A DNA stretch of 64,000 bases from the NCBI GenBank assembly GCA_029882515.1, contig JAOUKN010000001.1:5298-69297 (forward strand). Direction: 5' to 3'. Every line of letters starts with the position of its first letter. Position 1 is the first letter of the stretch. This document shows positions 56,966-64,000 of this stretch, piece after piece. The DNA comes from Candidatus Bathyarchaeota archaeon. Its GTDB lineage: Archaea; Thermoproteota; Bathyarchaeia; Bathyarchaeales; Bathyarchaeaceae. The position numbers and the translations under genes are program-made. The notes beneath the pieces were generated by a model, which was given only the letters and a program-made list of their open reading frames with translations, did not search any database and was not told where the DNA came from.

Positions 56966-57121
56966 TTACTTTGTTACTTTCACATTGATCTCTTTCCAGT
57001 CCTTTTCTATTCCGCGCAACGATGTCACTGCTCCTACAAGGGTTCCACTCAACATCTTTGTAACAAACTTGTTCAGAGCAATCTCTTTACCGTTAACGAA
57101 CAGCTTAACATCCAATAACAT
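56966..57121 (-). CDS. Small protein (51 aa), not in the ORF track
   Basis: Hand translation MLLDVKLFVNGKEIALNKFVTKMLSGTLVGAVTSLRGIEKDWKEINVKVTK*. It looks protein-like and sits upstream of, and co-oriented with, the ferredoxin gene. It replaces the unlikely + ORF 56864..57118. Confidence 0.4.
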   Translation of the reverse strand: MLLDVKLFVNGKEIALNKFVTKMLSGTLVGAVTSLRGIEKDWKEINVKVTK

Positions 57122-57232
57122 CACCCCAAAACGCCTTATGTCATTAGAAAAGTAAAGGCTTTGCGTAAACTATTTAGCCCGAGCAGTTGTTGAAATCGCG
57201 TGGCAAGAGCAATCTCCACAAGTTGAAGCTGG

Positions 57233-57916
57233 ATGAAAGAGAAATTGAGCCCGATTGATATGAAACTTGACAACAAAGCTAGAGTGTTAAAGCTCATTGA
57301 CCTGCTGGAAAAGGAGCACTCTGACGCAAAGACAGCCCTAAACTACACAAACCCTCTGGAGCTCCTAGTAGCCACAATTCTTTCAGCTCAGTGCACCGAC
57401 CGAAGAGTAAACACTGTCACGGAGGCACTCTTTAAAAAGTACCGAAAGGTGGAAGACTATGCCAATGCAGATCCAGAGGAACTTGAGGAAGACATAAGAT
57501 CCACGGGTTTTTACAGGAACAAGGCTAAAAACATCAAGAAATGTTGCCGGATCCTAGTTGACAAGTTCGACTCGCAAGTTCCAAAAACAATGGAAGAACT
57601 GCTTAGCCTACCCGGCGTTGCCCGAAAGACTGCTAATATTATTTTATCGAATGCCTATGATGTTATCGAGGGAATAGCCGTTGACACTCACGTCCGTAGG
57701 CTTGCCAGAAGACTAGGTCTCACGCAGCATGAAAATCCGAATAAAATAGAGGATGATTTGATGAAGATAGTTCCTAAGAATTACTGGAAACGAATCACAG
57801 ACTTGTTAATATTTCATGGTAGAAGAATATGCGTGGCAAGGAAACCAAAATGTGGAATCTGCATCTTGAACAAATTCTGTCCATCGGCTTTCTTCGTTGA
57901 CCAATTAAGACCATAA
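57233..57916 (+). CDS. nth: Endonuclease III
   Basis: HhH LPGVARKTANI, catalytic region, and the C-terminal [4Fe-4S] loop CVARKPKCGICILNKFC. Confidence 0.92.
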   Translation: MKEKLSPIDMKLDNKARVLKLIDLLEKEHSDAKTALNYTNPLELLVATILSAQCTDRRVNTVTEALFKKYRKVEDYANADPEELEEDIRSTGFYRNKAKNIKKCCRILVDKFDSQVPKTMEELLSLPGVARKTANIILSNAYDVIEGIAVDTHVRRLARRLGLTQHENPNKIEDDLMKIVPKNYWKRITDLLIFHGRRICVARKPKCGICILNKFCPSAFFVDQLRP

Positions 57917-58129
57917 TCGTACAGAGAGAAGGTAAGATATATACGTGGAATGCCAGAATCAGAGTAAAAAGAATGGACCATCTAATACATGCATTGAAGA
58001 TGCAACCTTGACTGTATAGAGGCAGCAGGCAGAGACGCTAGGAAGATAAGTACTGGAATGGACTTCGTGAAAAGTGGTCTTCCATATGCACACAAAAAAA
58101 GGGGGTTCAATGGCTCATCGTTCGTTGGA

Positions 58130-60451
58130 CTATTTGAACTCTGGGTTGTAACCTTCAATTACGAATATGAAGGCTTTGGCGGTTATGTTTGGATTCAACT
58201 GGAACTCTAGATCTATGCTTTCGTTTCCGTCGGCGTCCGTCCGCTCGTCGTCACTGAACATCAGTTCTGGGAGAACGTTTCCGTATTCTGAGTGAACTGC
58301 TTTGATTAAGGGTAACTCCGTCAGGTAGTCGTTTTCATCAATCACGTAGAGGTCCACCTCATCTAGGTGAGAGTGTGTCAGAGGGTGCTCCACTAACCGC
58401 AGTAACACCTTGTTATTCACTGGTTCTGGGTCAGTAGTTAGTATGCGTCGATGTACTACGTCAAATCCTTCGGGGTTATGTATGTTTAGCGCTCCCTCAT
58501 CTATGTAGTTCTCGCCATCGTAGACGTAGAGAATTGGGCATGTTCCTCCGCCGCCGCCGCCAACGTATGAGAAGTAGGCGGTCAAAGTGTGGTCTGAATT
58601 CATCGTAACCGTATATGGATTGTCATACTTGGGTTGTCCGTCGAGTTTCCAATAATTAAACTCATAATTCGTATAATTAATTGCCCAAACAGTTACGGGG
58701 GTTCCCTCGTCATGTACGTAAGGCCCTGGCGAAGGATTGGTCGTCCCTCCAGTAGTCGTCTGAATAGTCAGTGTATAGGTTTTTTTGAAGTAGGCTTCTA
58801 AGGTGTGGTCGGTGTTCATAGTGACTGTTGCTGGATTGTTATCGTCTGGTGATCCGTCGAGAAGCCAATAGTCAAAGTCATATCCATCGTTGGGAAGTGC
58901 TGTGACCTCGACAGGTGTTCCTTTGTGATATGTATAGTCTCCAGGCAGAGGATCAGTTGTTCCACCTGAGTTGGCAGAGAGCGTTAAAGCATGGCCTATT
59001 TCCATGTTCAAGATTACTGATGTTGATATCGTATCATCATAGCTGACACCATATGTGTTGTAGTAGGTGTATTCCAGTTCAGCAGTTATCTTGACCGAAT
59101 GGTCTTCCGTGGTGTCATCGGTGAACACCCAATGAACTTGAGCACCGATGGCTGCGTCAACTGGCCAGCCATAAGCACCCTCAGCTTTTGCATAAACGTG
59201 GGCCTCGGGGTCATTGATACCCGCATCTACAACGTCTGCTTCCTCCTTCTTAAAGGGTGAAAACTCTCTAGCATACGCCGCGGCGGCGTCAAGTGTAATC
59301 AAGCTAATCTCGAAGATTAAGCCCGCTGTGTTGGATTTTAGGAGAATCGGAATTACAAAACTGGACATTAGTAATGCAAGACCGTCATTAAGGGCGTCTG
59401 AATACCAATATTCGGTATCTGGATTATCGTTCGCAACCATAACATTTATTCCTTTAAGCCGTTCGTAATCCTCGCCCGCATCTATGTCAATTAGTGCATT
59501 TGGATCAGATCCTTGTTTTTCTATTTTGATTTTAAGCTTTCTGATTTCAGCCGATTTTTTGTGTGGTAGAAACTCAAGTTTCTCCCCATTAAGGGGTTGA
59601 GATCCCAACGTACCTTTGTATCCTTCCTGGTCTTCTATACCTACTAGTGCGCCACTGTCGGCCCATGTTACATCTTGATATAAGAATTTAATTGCATTTT
59701 GGCCTCTTTCGAAAAGTCTGTTACGTTCTATGATCACCTCGAAAGTTTGTCGTTGCCCGTTGTTTTTGTTTATAACGTTCTTCCACAATACACAGAACAC
59801 ATCCAAATTGCCATAATACGTGATTTCAGCTTGGTCATCCACAAGAAGATCTGCCCAGTGAACAGCTAGAAGACTGTTCGGTTCTGCAGGATCGGGAATC
59901 GTAGTGGCGGGTGGCGGCGGATCTGTGATTTCACTGTCAAAGCTTAGAAAACCGTTATCACACACCCAAACTTTGTTGTATTCAGCGCTTTGACATTCAT
60001 AACCTGGACCACCAAAAAAGCGAGCACCATCGTCAAGCGTGATGTCAAGCCATGTACCATTATTGTCACCGATGATAGGCACTGGATCAACTGCTTCAAT
60101 CCATTCATCAGCAACATAGAGCGAAGGGCCAAGGTGGTAATATGTGATTCCCTTCCTTGTGTTCGCAGTAAGGGCCACCCTAAGAGCTACACCATCCCTA
60201 CCAAGATAGGGATCCCATTGCCAATCCTCCACGTAATCCATAATGTTTACCCCTATTCCCACCGATGCCTCATCATTGGTGTCAGCGTTGCTGATTGTCT
60301 CATTGATATGGTAAGTGTCATACGGATCTAATTTCGGACGGTACATCTGCCATGTTGGGTCTTCAGATTGTGCTGATACTGGCAGAATGTAGGTCGACAT
60401 CGGCAGCATTAACAGCACTGTTAGGAAGCCGACCACTATCTTTCTCTTCAA
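58130..60451 (-). CDS. Large secreted protein: novel N-domain, 2 InlB-B-type repeats, Gly6 linker, C-terminal domain
   Basis: Signal peptide. Repeats at about 58563-58999. VGGGGGGT is encoded by the ccgccgccgccgcc run at about 58546-58563. Confidence 0.75.
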   Translation of the reverse strand: MKRKIVVGFLTVLLMLPMSTYILPVSAQSEDPTWQMYRPKLDPYDTYHINETISNADTNDEASVGIGVNIMDYVEDWQWDPYLGRDGVALRVALTANTRKGITYYHLGPSLYVADEWIEAVDPVPIIGDNNGTWLDITLDDGARFFGGPGYECQSAEYNKVWVCDNGFLSFDSEITDPPPPATTIPDPAEPNSLLAVHWADLLVDDQAEITYYGNLDVFCVLWKNVINKNNGQRQTFEVIIERNRLFERGQNAIKFLYQDVTWADSGALVGIEDQEGYKGTLGSQPLNGEKLEFLPHKKSAEIRKLKIKIEKQGSDPNALIDIDAGEDYERLKGINVMVANDNPDTEYWYSDALNDGLALLMSSFVIPILLKSNTAGLIFEISLITLDAAAAYAREFSPFKKEEADVVDAGINDPEAHVYAKAEGAYGWPVDAAIGAQVHWVFTDDTTEDHSVKITAELEYTYYNTYGVSYDDTISTSVILNMEIGHALTLSANSGGTTDPLPGDYTYHKGTPVEVTALPNDGYDFDYWLLDGSPDDNNPATVTMNTDHTLEAYFKKTYTLTIQTTTGGTTNPSPGPYVHDEGTPVTVWAINYTNYEFNYWKLDGQPKYDNPYTVTMNSDHTLTAYFSYVGGGGGGTCPILYVYDGENYIDEGALNIHNPEGFDVVHRRILTTDPEPVNNKVLLRLVEHPLTHSHLDEVDLYVIDENDYLTELPLIKAVHSEYGNVLPELMFSDDERTDADGNESIDLEFQLNPNITAKAFIFVIEGYNPEFK

Positions 60452-60465
60452 GTTCTAGCCTCCAT

Positions 60466-61248
60466 TCAGGTGGAAATCGGTACATCCAAGGCTATTGGCA
60501 TCACTATTTTTTGGCTAGTTGTTTGGTTGAAATACGTGAATTCCAAACTCACTTCAAGCTTGTGGTCTTCAATGTTTTGGTCATTGAACATCCATTCTAC
60601 CTGCGTTCGTAGGCTGCAAAATGAACCTGTGGATTCAGCATGTACATACGCTTCGCCCAGATTGTGCCAGCCATCGCTCGTCCACTCTCTACTGACTAGT
60701 CTCATCTCCGTCACTGTTGCGTTACGCAGAACTAGAAATTGATCGGGGCCGCTCACCTCTACGATGGAGTAGTCGTCAAGGGTACGAAATTTGATGGCAA
60801 AAGATGCGTCGACGCCTTCTACAACAGTTGCGGTAACATTAACTTTGAAGACTATTCCATCTTTGTATACAAACGGTATCCACGACCAATCTTCCACATA
60901 ATCCATAATGTATACACTTACTTCTGTTGATGTATAATCGTCTGAATACCTGTTTTTGATTGTCTCATTGATATGGTGAGTGTCATACGGATCTAATTTC
61001 GGCCGGTACATCTGCCAGCTTACAGGTTCTACCGTAATTGTTCCGATCCCGGGTGTTCCCATCAGTCTAGACGCGCCTAGAAGGATCATGGGAACTGCAA
61101 CAATTAATATGACAAGAACTCTGTTCCACTTCCCACTCCACGCTATCTTTCTCACTTCTCTCTTCCCCCTAGAATTCTCATGTGAACATCTTACCATAAA
61201 ATGGCATATAAGATTTTCGGTTCTTAATATTCTATAATATTTCTGCAT
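60466..61248 (-). CDS. Secreted paralog of the N-domain of 58130..60451
   Basis: Shares WQMYRPKLDPYDT(Y/H)HINETI and IMDYVEDW with its neighbour. Confidence 0.65.
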   Translation of the reverse strand: MQKYYRILRTENLICHFMVRCSHENSRGKREVRKIAWSGKWNRVLVILIVAVPMILLGASRLMGTPGIGTITVEPVSWQMYRPKLDPYDTHHINETIKNRYSDDYTSTEVSVYIMDYVEDWSWIPFVYKDGIVFKVNVTATVVEGVDASFAIKFRTLDDYSIVEVSGPDQFLVLRNATVTEMRLVSREWTSDGWHNLGEAYVHAESTGSFCSLRTQVEWMFNDQNIEDHKLEVSLEFTYFNQTTSQKIVMPIALDVPIST

Positions 61249-61654
61249 TATTTCTCTGTTTTTTCGAACATTATAGAAAAGTTGTAATCACTTGGTTAAA
61301 CCACTATTTCACGCTTTTCTCAACCACACTTTGAGTTTCTATTCCTTCAAGTCGCTAACGTGAGGCAAGACAATGAGATTTAAGCGAAGGGAGATGCTTC
61401 CGTTAGATATTGAGAAAATGGTATGGGATTATCAGGATAGAGAACGGAGAAGGTCTTGATGTTGTTTTTACTAGATTCCTCCAATCGCGGATTGCCCTGC
61501 TTCTTTTAGGTTTAACTGCCATGATAGCAGTTGATGAGTTGGGTCTCGGCGTCGTCTGTCACATCTGAATCCAGAACGCGAGTTCAGTGTGTATACATTC
61601 AATAGAAGCCGTTGAGGCATACACAAACCGATAAACTAACAGGCAGATGGGCTT

Positions 61655-62569
61655 CTAGTGTTCGCTAGCCGCTTTCGGATAGTATTCGTCTTCTAGTTGG
61701 ATAGTTGTGTGGTCAATTCCAAACTCTTCTTTCAACATAGTGATCAAAGTGGTGATTAGCTTTTTCCGGTCAGTTCCCTCTTCTGCTACAATGTGACCGC
61801 TCATGCAGCACATCGTGGTGGGGGTGATACACCAGACATGAAGGTCGTGGACTTCTTTCACGTCTTCTACTTCAAGTATTCTGCGATTTAGTTCACTTAC
61901 ATCGATGTGGGAGGGAACGCCTTCCAGGAGAACGTTCAGAGAGTCGCGGACAAGTTTCCCTGAACTATAGAAGATCAGCGCGGCTATCACCATACTGATT
62001 AGTGGGTCTGCTTGGTACCACCCCGTGAAATACATGATTATTCCAGCTGAAATTGCTCCGATCGAGCCTAAGACATCGGCGACCACGTGTAGAAAGGCGC
62101 CTTTAATGTTTAGACTTTCATCCTTGGACCGTGAGAGCGTGGCTACAGTCAGCACGTTGGCTATGAGGCCTAAAACCGCAATGGTCAACATGTTTAGGCT
62201 CTCGACTGCAATTGGTTGTAGAATCCGCTGAAAGGCCTCATAGACGATGTATCCTGCAACTGCCCACAAGAGAATTCCGTTCAAAAAGGCGGCTAGGATC
62301 TCGGTGCGATAGTAGCCGTAGGTTCGTGTGACTGAGATAGGGCGTAGGGCGAGCCATGCAGCTGTAAGGGCGAAGACCAGAGCAAAGATATGGTTTAGCA
62401 TGTGCCAAGCATCAGTGAGGAGGGTCAAGCTCTTTGTCAAAGTGCCTCCTACCAATTCAATGACGAAGAAAGCAGCGGTAATGCCCAAGGCGATTGCGAG
62501 ATATCTTGTGATTTTGGATGGATGCGTGTGTTCATGCATTGAAACTTCACTCATCATATAGCTTTTCAT
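61655..62569 (-). CDS. Cation diffusion facilitator (CzcD/ZitB-like) transporter
   Basis: TDAWHMLNH and HVVADVLGS metal-site motifs. Six TM helices plus a C-terminal cytoplasmic domain. Confidence 0.9.
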   Translation of the reverse strand: MKSYMMSEVSMHEHTHPSKITRYLAIALGITAAFFVIELVGGTLTKSLTLLTDAWHMLNHIFALVFALTAAWLALRPISVTRTYGYYRTEILAAFLNGILLWAVAGYIVYEAFQRILQPIAVESLNMLTIAVLGLIANVLTVATLSRSKDESLNIKGAFLHVVADVLGSIGAISAGIIMYFTGWYQADPLISMVIAALIFYSSGKLVRDSLNVLLEGVPSHIDVSELNRRILEVEDVKEVHDLHVWCITPTTMCCMSGHIVAEEGTDRKKLITTLITMLKEEFGIDHTTIQLEDEYYPKAASEH

Positions 62570-62689
62570 CCATTACTATTAAATCTAAATTCGCTGTCGA
62601 GTCTAAAAGACAGAACGTCCATATGAATTGTCAACAGACAAGCGAAATCCGTGCAGGCAAAGATTCATCAAACTGCCAAACTAACGTTT

Positions 62690-62701
62690 TGCGCGCGCGC
62701 A
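62690..62701. repeat. (CG)5 tract (tGCGCGCGCGCa)
   Basis: Read directly. It is intergenic, 143 nt downstream of the stop of the dockerin-protein gene. Confidence 0.9.
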
Positions 62702-62842
62702 ACCAGCAAAAAACTAGTTATAGAAGATATAGGTAAGCTCTTCGCTGATCGGAGCATCACCATAGCAAAATATGATTCTGTAAACGATAAGGCTTTTTCT
62801 CTGTTTCTAGCCTGAAACCGCGCAAAATGGGTATCTATAGAG

Positions 62843-64000
62843 CTATTGATCTTCTCCGAAGTGTTGGACAGCTATTAGAATATCATCAATTCGTATCTTG
62901 CAGTCTTTGTTGATGTCTGTGTTCGGATCGTATTCCGGGTCTCCGCAATTACTTCCAAAGGCTATCACAATAGCAAGAATGTCATCGATTCGAACTTTTC
63001 CATCCCCATTAACATCGCCAATGAGTACTACTCCAATAATTCTGTAAATGCTTCCGTCAGCATCCAAAGCAATGTAACTTTGATCCGGTTCCTGCGCAAA
63101 GGTTTCAGTATCATCCGGGTAAACACCAACGAACGAGAGAAGACTGGTCCATGTGACTCCGTCCGCTGGAACATTGATCACCTCGAATTCAATCCACGCC
63201 AAGCTTCCATACCCAGGATTTCTACAAGGTTCACCAAATACACACTCTCCATAATATATACTGTTGTGAGTGCTATTCCAAGGCATGAAGGCAGGGGTAA
63301 TTCCAAAGGTAGAAATATTAGAATAGAATTCACTTTTGGACCCCGCAGTGTAAACACATCGCGTCACACTCAACAGATTCTTCTCATAAACCAATTTGAA
63401 ACTCCACGATCCTGAAGAAACTGTGAGGTTTATCCAGACAGTGACGTTGAACCTGTAACCAAATGAAACCGTATCCGTGAAAAAACTTGACGTTGAAGGT
63501 TGAATCCATATAGCGTTGCCATCATGAGGTTCAATATAGCTTACTTCCACAAATTTGCAAGCAGAGTTGTTATTCGTCACGTCCTCTCCAGGTACAGGGA
63601 CGGCATGGATGGTTAGGTTGTATATGTTTTCTGTCTGAGGTGATATCCACGGAAAATTGGTTATTATGCTCGACATACTAGCAAGCTGTGGAGTGAGTGA
63701 GTAAGCATAGAGAGTGCCTTCGACCAGAAGTTGAACATGTATATTTGATTCATGGCTGAAGCCTAAATTGCGGATCACTGCACTGATGGTAGTTGGAGCT
63801 TCAGGCAAGATACAACTTGGAGCTTGCATCATTGAAACAACTATGTCATGTTCATGGGTAATCTGAAAGCTCCATCCGTCTTGTTGCATAAATGGGTAAT
63901 TATCATAGTTGTATTGGTCGATTTCGTAAGGTTGATCTCCGATGCCCTCACCGCCAGTCTCATTTTGATATGGTCCTTGGAACATGTCCGCACTCCAATA
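62843..64000 (-). CDS. Surface protein with a cohesin-like module and C-terminal type-I dockerin; 5' end lies beyond the window
   Basis: GDVNGDGKVRIDDILAIV....DINKDCKIRIDDILIAV is a duplicated EF-hand-like dockerin. The frame stays open from 63985 to nt 64000. Confidence 0.8.
   Translation of the reverse strand, partial: YWSADMFQGPYQNETGGEGIGDQPYEIDQYNYDNYPFMQQDGWSFQITHEHDIVVSMMQAPSCILPEAPTTISAVIRNLGFSHESNIHVQLLVEGTLYAYSLTPQLASMSSIITNFPWISPQTENIYNLTIHAVPVPGEDVTNNNSACKFVEVSYIEPHDGNAIWIQPSTSSFFTDTVSFGYRFNVTVWINLTVSSGSWSFKLVYEKNLLSVTRCVYTAGSKSEFYSNISTFGITPAFMPWNSTHNSIYYGECVFGEPCRNPGYGSLAWIEFEVINVPADGVTWTSLLSFVGVYPDDTETFAQEPDQSYIALDADGSIYRIIGVVLIGDVNGDGKVRIDDILAIVIAFGSNCGDPEYDPNTDINKDCKIRIDDILIAVQHFGEDQ

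Noticed and set aside
56560-57118. Track ORFs 56560..56817 (+) and 56864..57118 (+).
   Set aside because: The first is antisense to a clear 2x[4Fe-4S] ferredoxin. The second is antisense to a better 51-aa ORF. Both have implausible composition.

Overview
This looks like an archaeal chromosomal segment, about 42% GC judged by eye. Archaeal markers include an ATP-dependent DNA ligase, a family-B DNA polymerase, CysRS, tungsten-type aldehyde:ferredoxin oxidoreductase, a Fap7-like kinase, DUF1922, a NOL1/NOP2/Sun methyltransferase, endonuclease III, a LonC-like protease and an FTR-rubredoxin disulfide reductase. I saw no rRNA, tRNA, CRISPR array, transposase or intact integrase. The window has two parts. 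(1) The left ~22 kb is a patchwork of mostly single accessory genes: methyltransferase, nitroreductase, S33 hydrolase, haloalkane-dehalogenase-like hydrolase, nuclease-like proteins and wHTH regulators. It also carries two decayed copies of an integrase-type C-terminal module and one strongly AT-rich gene. (2) The right ~40 kb mixes housekeeping genes with very large secreted or anchored surface proteins (InlB-B-type repeats, beta-helix, cohesin-like and dockerin modules). The most unusual signal is at the DNA level. Short pure (CG)n tracts of 6-11 nt, often extended by CA/TG into 9-18 nt alternating purine-pyrimidine runs, sit almost only at gene boundaries, usually 0-60 nt past a stop codon. 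They are densest in the left 22 kb and give it a cassette-like punctuation. Other items: a TATGAC-N4-GTCATA operator-like palindrome in three copies, a 73-bp element shared by two distant intergenic regions, two small CDSs below the ORF-track cutoff (one is a desulforedoxin), a P-loop kinase with no canonical start codon, and two candidate structured RNA regions. Functional calls rest on motif recognition by eye. No searches were run.
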